A DNA stretch of 64,000 nt from Epiperipatus broadwayi. Its lineage: Eukaryota > Animalia > Onychophora. Each line of letters opens with the position of its first letter. The stretch's first letter is position 1. The notes under the pieces are model-generated. The model saw nothing but the letters and a program-made list of their open reading frames with translations, did not search any database and had not been told where the DNA came from. Below are positions 1 through 11,600 of this stretch, piece after piece. A program made the position numbers and the translations under genes. The stretch is from the NCBI GenBank assembly GCA_028023455.1, contig JAQFVV010000001.1, positions 34,658,001 through 34,722,000 on the forward strand, in the 5' to 3' direction.

Positions 1-1159
1 TGGACTGAAGAGTTAAAAATTCCTGAATTGAAAATTAGTCTGCTACTTTCAATCCAGAATATTATATGATTTCATAAACAGATAACAATTAATAATAATC
101 ACTTTATTAATCTTGGAAGATTGCAATGAATTTTTATTACAAATGCAAAATAGATATCTACAAATAATGGAATAAATATAACTATAGTCAGTGCATTTTC
201 AGCTCCTTAATAGAAATTGACAATATATTTTTTCTGCATTTTAAAAATAAATATTTTAATAAACATAGCACCAAATATATGAATAGAAATAGGCTAATTT
301 TCAAGAGCTGTCAAACTCATTCTTATAGTCTTGGTTTATATTAAATACAGTAACAAGGGTGAATTTTAGTCAGATATAAATATACCATTATTAATTTTGG
401 CTTATAATTTATTAATTCCATCTTATTTGAATTTTTAATAGTTACAAAGATTATAAAATGAGATTCTGGTTTTTGATTACGTATTTAATTATAAATTAAA
501 CTTAATAAGACTAAATATATATCTGGTTTAAAGCTAAAATGCACTCTTGGTCAGAAAATGGCAGAAAAGTCTTAATAAAATCTGAGACTACAAAAATAAG
601 TGAATGACCATTTTACTATTAGGTTTAATGACGGTGAATGTGTGTGTGTGTGTACATGTATATTTGATAGCTTTCAGAAGAAGTTAGTCTGATTCTATTC
701 CATTATCTGTAACTGTAATATTTGGTGCAGTGTTTTTTAAAATATTTTCAAGTATTTGTCTGTTTCTTAGACTTTTTATTGGAAAATATATATTATTCTC
801 TTTAGTAGTTTCCATAAACAATTCAATATATTTAAAGAAGATTTAGTTTTCTTTTTTCAACTGCTATTTATAGAAAAGAAAATTATAGTAGTTAATATAT
901 ATATATTATAGCTCAAAATGACTAATTCAATAAAAACAAAAGAAAAATAGGCACCATATCACTCAAGCATACACAATATATATATATAATGATGTTGCCT
1001 TGACATCAGTTTGAAATTGTTTGATTGATATTGGGATTGTCTAGGTATTGACTGACTTTTAATGATATATATATTAATTTATTGATGTTGCTTGAGTAAA
1101 TATTAACTCATAAAATAAAGTTTGTGATCATGAAAATTTTGAAATGCTGTATTGTTCAT

Positions 1160-1600
1160 ATTTTAAAGAGAAAAAAATAAGTATGTGATATCAGAAGTTT
1201 TTTACAAAAGATGTTGGACTTGGAGGAAGAGGATGTGGTAGTGATCATAAAAATTTTGGCAGTAGAACAGAGAGTGATTTGGTAGCTGCAGAGATTGTCG
1301 TGGAAAGGAAATGAAGTAGTAGGAATGTGGCTATTGAATTTTATCATGATGATGTATTTATAGTGAGTAAGAAAATTGTTGTTTTATTTACTAAAAGTAT
1401 AGTTCCAGATGTTGTCTGTCATGAGAAAAAAGTTTCTGTTGGAAATGGCAATGGTGAAAAGATTGAATATAGAGATTGGAATACTTTCTGATCAAAATTG
1501 ACAGCAGCCATTTTGAAAAGAATTGATAAAATGCACATGCACTCTGGTGTAAAAGTTTTTTATTTGGATGCTGCTTTGTGAATTGCAGTACCATATAATT
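1160..1600 (-). mobile_element. Decayed 3' part of a CR1/Jockey-group LINE ORF2
   Basis: Frameshifted minus-strand translation gives pieces such as YYFISFPRQSLQLPNHSL and SSSKSNIFCKKLL. These resemble the SFFPRT..LWNSLP...FKS C-terminus of CR1-type ORF2. Similarity is weak and judged by eye. Confidence 0.4.
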
Positions 1601-1661
1601 TGCATATTGTTAGACAATTATGATTCATAAATACTGTAGGCTTTTTTTATCAATCAATTCT

Positions 1662-1945
1662 ATAATTTCTAATATTGATGATTCTCATTATCCATACAAA
1701 TATAGAAATTTATTGTGTAATTGATACTGTTTTGCAAACAAAGTAAAGCATAATTAAGCTTGAATAGTTGTTTTCTATTCTTTTTTTTTTAAAAAAAAAA
1801 ACAAATGTCAATCATTTTGTTACCTCTGTAAAAGCAAATTTTCTTGGTTCCATTGTACAACCTGAAACTGTTTTTGCCAATGAGGTAAAATCACATGTGC
1901 ATCTGACTGTAGTACATATATAGGTCGTGGCCTTGATCGTCGTAA
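1662..1945 (+). pseudogene. FBL: Fibrillarin pseudogene fragment (C-terminal methyltransferase region) inside the intron
   Basis: 1674-1706 reads IDDSHYPYKYR (fibrillarin IEDARHPHKYR). 1810-1890 reads NHFVTSVKANFLGSIVQPETVFANEVK (fibrillarin [27 protein letters not shown]). Between and after these blocks are frameshifts, stops, a poly-T/poly-A expansion and a deletion, with no intron-sized gap. Confidence 0.72.
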
Positions 1946-2413
1946 AAATTTGAAATGTCTTTTGTTTGGATTAAAAGATATGCATGATTATTGATGTTAA
2001 CTTGTTTTTAGTAATAACTGATACATCAGTAATAAAAAAAAATTTTTTTTTAACAAAAAGTACATTTTAAATTGCATTTATACAGATTAACAATTTAATG
2101 AATGTAAAGTAATTGATATTATCTTTCACTTTTTTTGTCTGATTCAATTTCAGTGTATGCCTGAAGACAATTTATTGGCTATATGTATATATAATTATTA
2201 TAAAAAATGCAATTTTTATTAAATGAAAATAGGTTTATTTTTCTGTTCTTTGCTACAGCTCTCTGTTTTGAATATAAGTTTATATTTTAAATAAAAATAT
2301 TCTATATGAGTTTATTAATTATAAAAACATTACATTTGATAATCGTATTTCATCTTTCACACTTTCAAATAAAGCAAAATAAAACTATTCTTATTTGTAA
2401 CTTGTAATGTTTA

Positions 2414-2467
2414 AGAGCTTGCATAGCTGATGAAAGAGCTTTTCTTGAAACTAATTCTATAAGCTTT
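2414..2467 (+). ncRNA. Type I hammerhead ribozyme-like motif (minimal, Penelope-type), slightly degenerate
   Basis: AGAGCTT-GC-ATAG CTGATGA AAGAGCTTTTCTT GAAA CTAA TT CTAT-AAGCTTT. Both core boxes are intact. Stem II is AAGA/TCTT. Stem I is ATAG/CTAT plus a 7-bp distal helix past a 2-nt bulge. Stem III has one mismatch (CTAA where palindromic CTAG is expected). Confidence 0.6.
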
Positions 2468-3394
2468 GTGTTTTAATAATTTGTGGGTATCCTATTTCAT
2501 AATGTGATTACAATGGTATTTCTTTTTTTCACATGTTGAAAGATCAATATTTACTTTTTAAAAAATACTTAATCTTGTTACAACTATTTTTAAAATAGTA
2601 TTTGTAATTGTCAACATATGAATGTTGTGGAGTTGTTAATAGTTAACTAAAAAAAATTGAAATGATTTTTTATTTATTGTTTGGCAAAAATGAAGTAAGA
2701 AAAAAACAGGAAAATCATCCATACAATGCACAATTCGATGATTTTCAAATGTTTATTTAGTATAAGATTATTATGATCATATCAATAAACATTATAATGT
2801 TATTACGAAAATTACACTGAGTTCTATTATCAAGAAAGATATTTTAGATAATGTATTTTATATGCTGTACATTAAAAAAGAGAGAGAACCCAAAGTGACT
2901 CATGGTTTTCATTACAATTCTCACTATAATAAAATGTTTGATAATTAAGCATTTTTAAAATGTAGATGCTGTTAATTTAAAATTTTGGCTATGAATAAAT
3001 GTTGCATATAAAGAATTGTTTGTGGTATTTTTTTAAGTTTTATTTTTAAACAGATTAATATTTTAAAATCTCATAACTCATGGCAATACTGAAGATTTCT
3101 TGTGCATTTTTGAAAATGTATTTTTTGTACTAAGAATTCTTTCAAGAGAAAATATATTAATAAAAACTTGGAAACTAACATCTTACACATTTAGAATAGT
3201 GATTCTGCTACTATATGACTAGCTTTTGGAAGCAGCCTTCCTATAGCATTTTTTATTTTTCATTTGTGAAATCATAAATTTTTTTTGTCCGGCTGATAGT
3301 TCTGAGGAGCTCTCTTTGAATAGTAATGTTAAAAGTCATAATGGCTGTTAGGTTAGTTTTGTGTGTGTTTTTAGTACTACTATCAGATGTTGAT

Positions 3395-6300
3395 ATTAAT
3401 AGTAATGTAAATGGAGGGATAACTCTAAAGTTGATGAATTTGAGGATATAAATTATTTATGAAAAAGAGCATTTATAGAAAGTAAAAGCAATAAAAATTT
3501 ATTCAGTGTTTCGTAATAAAAAAGATAGATAGACACATGTAAGGATGTGTTTACTAGGTGTTAGGATTTTTGATATTGTCAGGATATTAGACAATGTAAT
3601 AAAAATAATATGTAGTATTGCTGTCAACAAATAATGTTATAGAAAAAGATAATGAAGTTACATTAAGACATTTTGAGGAAATGATTATGATTCCAAAGAA
3701 AATAAATAGTAAATAAGGGATGGTGAAGGTATTGCTGAGATTTAATGTGGTATAAATTTAAACGAAGTTTGTGAGCTTCAAATGTGTAAGAAATAATTAT
3801 CAGAAAGAAAGCATTGTTTAGAAGGAATTGGGTTACATTTAATAGATTGGGAGAATAAAATAATAGAAGAATTAGTGTTCAGTAAATTTTATTATCCTTT
3901 AAGCTAAAGGTTTGGGGGGGGGGTATATATATAAGAAGATGGAATGTTTGAGATAGTTATAAAATTGGGGGAGAAGTATACTTAGAGAAGATAATAAATA
4001 AGGGAAAATATAGCTAGGAAAATAAATATAAGAGTTGAAAAACATTTTATATATGATGTCTACAGATAATTTTAGTAAAAGAATATTAAGTAGAAAAGTC
4101 AAAAGTACAAACATAAAAATTTGTTTTTATAAATGATCTGAATAATTGGAGGAATGAGGAAATGGTTTGGGGGGAGGGGTGTAAAAGAAAAGTTAGATGA
4201 ATTAGCAATAACAAAGAATCATTTGAAAGGGAAAAAACATATATTTAGATTTGTTAAGTGTGAGAGGATATAGGAGTTATTTATTATTAAGGAGGATATT
4301 TTAGAAAGAAATTGGAAAAGAGAAATGAACTTGAGAAATAATATATTTAACTAAGAGAACGTAAAATAATAGAATAAGAATATTTGAGATTTGCATATTG
4401 ATATTAATGTATTTAGAAAGAATAATTGTAAAATATTAATTGTAGGTAATAGAATAAGGCATTATTGAAAAAGATATGGGGAAAATTAAAAAGCTGAATA
4501 ACTTATGCAATGGAGAGTTTATATGGTCTAGGCATGATGTCCAAAAACATTATGAAAGGATGTGAAATAAAAGATGAGTATAAATTGATCATGTTTAGTA
4601 ATAATTGGAAATAATTATGAAGGATGGTGAATTTAAAGCTTACAAAAAGTAGTTTATCTGAGTAAAAAAGATCTCAAATATGTTTATTTGTAAATAATAG
4701 TACTAATAAAAGAAGATAGAGTAATCATACTTTAGAAACTATAAAAGGAAGAAAAATATTCCAGGAATACAAAGAGATTTATATAAACAAATGAGAGAGG
4801 ATGAATTAATGACTATAATGGGATTTTTTTTTTTAAGAAAAAGAATGAAATGGGATAAGTTAACTGAGAAAATTAATATTGCAAGAAAAAAATTTGTGAA
4901 AAATTTTGGAGATATGTAAAAAAAGAATTAAAAAAGCAAATGCTATTACAATCGGAAAAAGAATGTGGGGATAGGAAAGAAATTGAAAAAATACTCAGTG
5001 AATTTATAAGAATTCTGGATGAAAGAATATATGATGGATAGAGTGACATATGTACATTAGACTAATAGATAGATTTAAAAAAGGAAATGCAAGAAAATTA
5101 AATAAGCATAGCATCTGAAATATTTGTCACTACACAGGGATTGATTTTTTTTTTTTTTTAAAGGCTTAATAAAATTATAGGTGATGATGAGATTCCAGAT
5201 GAATATAAAAGTGAGAGAATTATATTACATAAAGGAAATAGGACTTACATAATTTTGTAAATTGCTTTTACATTAATGGATAGAATTAAATATTGAATGG
5301 ATAAACATAAAATTTTAAGGGAAATTCAGAATGGATTTTGTTCAAAGATGCTGATAATGGGTATTCTATAAATTGTTATTTAGTAGTTGATTAAAATGCC
5401 TTGTAGGAATAATAATTATTTATTGTATTTTTATATACAGAAAAGATTTTTGATATGGTGAATAGAAGTAGATCATGAAAATAAGAGAATATACATGATT
5501 TTTTGAAAAGTGATTGTGGGTCTTTGCAATAATAATTTTTAAAAATATTAAATGTGGGATTACTATCTGTAGAAATTAAATTTGAAATCAGGTTGAAACA
5601 AAAATATTCATTATTATTATTATTTATTTTGTGTTTAAGAGAATTTGAAATTATGTCCAAAATGGTAACTATAGTAAAAAGGAGATTTGTTTTTTGTGGA
5701 TGTGTCATATGTCATTTTTTGCAAATAATGCAAATGATATGGAATTGTTACTAGAAAATGTGCAGAGTATAAAGAAATATGAAATTTAAATTCAGTGAGG
5801 AAATCTCTCTAAGGTAGTATTACCAAGATTAAAATAAAAGTGGACAATGGGAGATATTTATCTAAAGAAATGGAAGAGCATTGACATTTAGATATTTTGG
5901 TAAATGGAATTTTATGGATATTTGGGAATTTGAGTTGAACCGGAAACTAAAGTGGAGTTGAGTAAAATATATGGTCATATTTTTCATAAAACATATATGA
6001 AAAATGTAGAATAATTTGGAAATGGATAATAGTATCTATTTTAATATTTAAAAAGAATCATTCTGTAGTAGCGAAAGGAGGACTCAGAAATTTTTAGATA
6101 GAATGTAATATATATATATAGATATGCGCATTGGTAGAGAATTGTGAATAACATATTGAGGCAATTCAAGGGGAATTGTGGGGTTTTTTTAATGAGGGAG
6201 GTTAAAAGCAAATTGAAAATATTTGGAAGATTACAATATATAGATGAAAATGAAATAATTAAATGGTATTTAATTACATTGTATAGAAGGATTAACAAAC

Positions 6301-6700
6301 ATGGACTAAAAAGGTACTAAAATACACTAAGGTAGTTTAGAATTTTATAAGAATAAAAATATGAAGATTGTGATAACAATAGAGAGAATTTAGAGTTATT
6401 TAGATAGAAGCATTAAATGCCAAAGAAAATTAAAATTGGATAAGAATTTTTACTATAACTATATGAAAACTATGATAAGAATAGAGGGAGTTTATTATTA
6501 TTTGGACAGAAGCATTGAGTACTAAAGAAAATAAAAATGGGATAAGAATTTTGATTGTAATTTTTGCAGAGATAAAAAATTTTGATTAGATATTTATAAC
6601 AAAAATGGGGTATATGAGAACAGATTATTGAAATTAATGAAAAAGCTTTTATTAAAATGGGATAGAAGAAAATTAAATACATTACTGCTGAAAGAATGAA
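3395..6700 (+). mobile_element. Long decayed LINE ORF2 (APE endonuclease + reverse transcriptase)
   Basis: Collinear broken motifs: NVNGG (~3403), EIPDEYKSERIILHKG (~5190), LREIQNGF (~5317), LFIVFLYTEKIFDMVNR (~5418), IRLKQKYSLLLLFILCL (ORF 5554-5754), FFANN..NDMELLLE, FRYFG (~5887) and EAIQGELWG (~6158). Many stops and frameshifts. Confidence 0.75.
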
Positions 6701-6840
6701 TCAGTGATTAAAAATTAAATGGTGATAATAAGGGGGAAGGGAGAATAGATGGTTTTTGAAGTATTAATTTTTAACAAAGATTGGTTGGGGGATCTATAAT
6801 TCAATTGTTACTGATTTTCTTCTTCTTTTCTGAGCCAAAG

Positions 6841-7004
6841 TAATATCTGATAAAATGAAAATGCTCACAGAAAAGGTAGTTTTTTTTAATAGTTAGCTTT
6901 GTTACTGCCTAGCATACTTACAATTTTCATGGCATATAGTAGTGTGAAAATACTAAATATTAAAAAGATTACTTTCTGTGAGTATTTTCATTTTACTAGA
7001 TATT
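6841..7004. mobile_element. Small MITE-like inverted repeat (~50-bp arms)
   Basis: 6841-6891 (taatatctgataaaatgaaaatgctcacagaaa...ttaata) is the near-perfect reverse complement of 6958-7004. Confidence 0.6.
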
Positions 7005-8627
7005 AATTTAACTGTGTGGGCATTGCAGTTTAAGTTTTGGAAATTTAGAACATTATACTTTTATCTTATAACAATATTGTGACAACTTATTTGTTTTATA
7101 AAATCTTGTTCTAGGAATGAATAGATTTTGAAATAATGTTTATTGTTTGGGATGAACTTAGTCTAATATTACTCAGATATTATTTTATTGTCTGTAAACT
7201 TTTGAAATTATTTTACATTTATAGAGTTATATTTTTACTGCATTCTTATATTTCAACAAAACATCCCCCCTCCCCCGTTTTTCAATTACTATATATTACA
7301 CATATGATAATTATCATCTTTCACTTTAATTTAAATATCCTGAAGTATGATTATGGAATAGATTTTTTTTAGCTGGTTAATTTGGTTTGATATCAAATAA
7401 AAATTAAGATGTTTAAAATCTTGAGCGGTTTAGTCTTCTAATAAAAAATAATAGTCACTAGTATTACATTGATTAATATATATATTTATATTGGGATCTT
7501 GCAGCTTAAAGTTTGATTAATAGTGATTGGATGATACAAGTGGCAACCTAAACTAAACAACTGTTATATTTGCCTGACCAAACAGATTGCTTTGTTTTTC
7601 CCTTAGTTTGAGAATAGATGGAGGAATAGAATTTGTTTATTTAGACAAGTCCCTTTAATTGTGCAAACCTAAATTGTTTATTATTATAAAATCATTTATT
7701 ATTAATAGAGTTCTTGACTATAATTAATTATAAAGAATTTTTAAGAATTTTTATCATTCATATTAATAATTAATTGCTTTGAGATTTCTTAAATATTACT
7801 AATTAATATTCTCTAATTGAAAGATTGATTGAATTTGAAGCAAATGAACAATATATTGTGATAATATTTATCTAACTTTACAAGTGTGAAATTTAAATCA
7901 CATAAGACATTTTAAGACAAAATCTTTTGTAAATTAATATAGTATATTAATTGTGAATTTTAGCAATAAAAAAAAAGTTTTTTATTATTTTACAATCCTT
8001 TAAATATATGAGAACTGATTTATCGCTTTTGTTAAACTTGATGTCATTAAAATTTGAGCTAAATTGCTAAATTAAAATACCTAATGAAAGTCAGATATTA
8101 CATATAATTAATACTTGATGTTTTTTGAAACTTCACAATTGATCTATAATCTTTCTTAATTATTAGTTTCCAAATTATTTACTCTTACAAATTTTTAATA
8201 ATTGTAATATTTCCTGTTTAGATGTAAACATAGTTATTAAAATAATAATGTACTTATCCTCTTGCATTTTTTATTTACATATTGTTTTTTTTAACTATTT
8301 TGACTGTTCACATTCTTTTTCCTAAGTATAAAGTAAAATTTTATTATTTTTAAATTGTGTGTGTATGTGTGTGTGTACACGCATATATTTTATCTTCAAT
8401 ATTTTTTTATTTTCTAATCTGTTTAATATGAACGCTAAATAGCAAATAAAATAATAGCAATACAATTTTATTTTTCTGCTCTGAAAAAAGTTGGACAATC
8501 GAAAGTGTTAAAAAAAAAATTAATAAAAAGTATTGTTCAAAAGATGCAAGAAGAGATATATTTTAAAAACAGTTATTGATTATTTATTTTGAATGTGCAT
8601 TTATGTTTGTTTGTTTGTTTTTTTAAG

Positions 8628-8760
8628 GATGGGCATGCAAGTGCCTACATGGCAAGGTGTCCCAACACAGCCTCAATTGGGACAGCAGCAGTTGGCGCAA
8701 GGAATGGGACAACAAGGCATGCTGGGAGCATACCCTATGCAACAATACCAAGCCCAGTGA
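8628..8760 (+). CDS. TIAL1: Last coding exon of a TIA-1/TIAR (nucleolysin, Rox8-like) RNA-binding protein; Q/G-rich prion-like tail
   Basis: A polypyrimidine tract and AG end at 8627. After one split-codon base the exon reads MGMQVPTWQGVPTQPQLGQQQLAQGMGQQGMLGAYPMQQYQAQ* (TGA 8758-8760). It is a coding-like GC island in AT-rich DNA. The TWQG.P.QPQ...AYPMQQ pattern matches my recollection of arthropod TIAR C-termini. The RRM exons are not in the window, so identity needs BLAST confirmation. Confidence 0.65.
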
Positions 8761-8880
8761 TTAGTGAATAGGCAGCAGCGATCACTGATGACGGCGGGCT
8801 CAGGGGTGGGGCTTAAAGCCTCACAGCGACTCACCACCTAGCTTGGGTAGGGTGGCCCCGGGACATTGATCTGCTAGAAA
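8761..8880 (+). promoter_or_regulatory. GC-rich structured RNA element directly 3' of the stop codon
   Basis: Hairpin GTGGGGC-TTAAA-GCCTCAC and hairpin CCACC..GGTGG. An enclosing helix AGCAG(CG)ATCA / TGATCTGCT spans ~8775-8875. The sequence switches abruptly to AT-rich after 8880. Confidence 0.5.
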
Positions 8881-11600
8881 TAAGTTTATGATTTATTTTT
8901 TTTTAATTGTAATAAAAATTGGAAAAAAAAAAAAAAATACTGCATTGATAATTGTTCGCGACAAGATTTAAAAATAAAAATGAAAAATGAAAAAAAAAAA
9001 GAAAAACCCTCCTTCCCTCTAATGCTGTATATACCTTAGTAGCCAACGTAGTTCTAGCCACCATATACTCAAGATAGGATAGCTCCAGCTGTTGAAACAT
9101 TATTGCAACTGCTCTCAATTCTTCCTTGATCCTTACATGCTAACATATCATTTGCAATGAGTCCTCAATTTGATGACAATATATGAATGAAAGAAGATAC
9201 TTGGAAAATATTTTTTGGTCCATTTGAATCACAATTGTTTATGTTAAACATTTTTTGTGTGTGAATGTTTTTTTTTTTTTTTTTTAAATGGTTATCTTTT
9301 TTTTTCTTTAAAGGAGAAATTTTTTTTTCTCTGTAAGAAAAAAAAAACTAATTTTATTATTATTGGAAATGTTAATTTTTATCTTTTTTTTTCTTTTTAG
9401 ACATTAAAAAAAAAACGAAGGAAATCATAAAAACCCTGCATTGTTTTCACTTTTATGAAATGCTAGAATTTTAACGATATATTTTGATAAAAACTATTTA
9501 TGGAAAGAAGGAAAACATTTTGACTGAGGACTTTGTTGTATATAACAAACCATTTGACAAATGCTTGTTTCATCTGGGAGATTATACTTTTTCTATTTGT
9601 CTGATTAGACATGTTTTGTTTTGTTTTGTTTTTTTTGTTTTTCTCTCTTTTTTTTTTTTTTAAATTCAGTTATACAAAGAAAAATATATATATAACTGTT
9701 GTAAAGAGGGAAAAATAACTGTTACTTAGTTTGGGATATGTGGCTGGAAGGTGTTTGGATAAAATATATTTAAAAAAAAAAAAAAATGTTATCTTAGTGC
9801 TTAGTGTAGGGAATTTATTAACAAGTTGTATGTACATTTAAACAATTTGCATTTGCAAAAAAGAATTGTTAAACATTATGAAAAATAAAAATAATGAAAC
9901 AAGCTCCATATAGTAATTCAACCAATATTTAAGTGTGTATTGTAAGGCACTATCTGTTATTTCTGTATTTCATAAATTGAACCCTTTCTTCCCTCTTATG
10001 CCTCCTCCCCCCCCTAAGTTCCTTGTTCCGAAGCCTATTTTTGTGACATGACCCTTATTATGGACTCACTTTAGGTTGATCTCTTGCCTTGGATCCTGTA
10101 ACCCTCACCTTAACGAAAAACATTTACTCACAATAAATTTTGTACAGTTTTATAAAACATTAATGTTAGAAATATATATATATTTCACTCCAGGGATTAT
10201 TAAATAAATAAATAAAATTTTTCAAATGTTAAAATTCATTACAATGCTCTATATTCTTTGCAACTATTTTTTTTTAAAAAAAAAAAGTGTTACCATATAA
10301 ATCACTCCCTGTAAATATCAAGAACTATGGCAAGTTTTTTCTCCAATTTTTTTTTTGTTTGTTTGTTTGTTTGTTTATTCTTATTTTCCATGTCAAATAC
10401 AGCAAATCTTTTTGTTAAGTCTAGAAATGTAGAGATTTGCATTTGTTGACCAGTTTTTATACCTGTAAAAATATATCTTTTTTTTTTTTACAATGAAAAT
10501 GGAAAAAGGTGGGTTTTATAAAAAAATAAAATGTTTAACCAAGGCCAAGAAACTTACTGCTATAAAAAAAAAAAATACTGAAAGATCATATAGTACGTCC
10601 TGTAATATTTTTGTCCAATGTGGCGTTCATATAACAGGTGTCCACGCTGTATCTTAGTTGAAGTTTGAATGAAAGAAAACAACTAAATAAAATATATATA
10701 TAGTAGTATATAGTGTATCTAGAAATACGGTTAATTCAATACTGATTTGGGGCAAATGTACAAGACAAAAATAATAATGAAAAAATATATATAAATAATT
10801 ACAAAAAGACAACTTGATGTACACCCTAGTTATTTTAGTGTTCTAGTATTAGTGTTTATGCATAGTAGTGTGTCCAGCTGCCAGATTTACAAAAAAAAAA
10901 TATAAAAATCAAAAAAAAAAAATGTTTATGTTTGCCTGTTCTTTTAAGAAACATGGCTGTAAGATTTGGGCAATAGAAAAATAAAAGTCTGTAGACAAAC
11001 ATTTCCACAACAAAATAAAAACAGTGATATAAATTTGTAAAAAAAAAAAGATGAAAAAAAAAGAAAGTAAAAAAAAAAAAGATAAGAAAAGAAAATTATT
11101 GTGTTTGTTTTTCTTTCTAATATGAGTTCTGTATAAAATTTTAGAAGAAAATCCTAATCAAAATTACTTAGTAATTTTTTTTTTTTACATTTTTATTGTG
11201 TAATTAATTCTTCTTTTATTTATGACAGAACTCATTTTGTTTTGTACATATTTTTTCACAAATATTGATTGTTAATTAAACTATTATATTTTGATTGGTA
11301 AGTTATAAATGATTTTAAAAGATATCAAAACAGATATACACAAAAATTATAACTACATCTTTTCTAATGTTTGTAGGCTCAAAAATAAAAATGATTGCTT
11401 ATATATATTTTTTTGATTGTCTACATCTTTTTTTTCTTTTATTATTAAATAATTGACAAATCATTATTTAAAAGTGATTTTTTTAACACATATACATGTC
11501 TATGGGTAATAGTTACATTCTCTATGTGAAGGCAAGCCCTGTAGTTCAATAAGCCTTTCATATTGAACTATTATAATAAAATGATGAAAGAAATTAGATC
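8761..11600 (+). other. Putative long U/AU-rich 3' UTR (3' end not determinable)
   Basis: No transposon remnants were recognised. Long U tracts (~9266-9285, ~9647-9661), several AATAAA (8911, 10203 and others) and UGUAHAUA motifs at 9026, 9537, 10310 and 11243. Confidence 0.35.

Noticed and set aside
8589-8771. Provided ORF MNVHLCLF...
   Set aside because: It is the wrong frame of the real exon and starts in the polypyrimidine tract. The +1 frame after the AG gives the coherent Q/G-rich peptide.
8786-8835. SECIS element or box C/D RNA (CTGATGA...AAA...GA) after the UGA
   Set aside because: The ATGA-to-AAA distance is ~23 nt instead of 11-12, the element is too close to the UGA, and there is no D box. 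No GAAA is in register for a hammerhead either.
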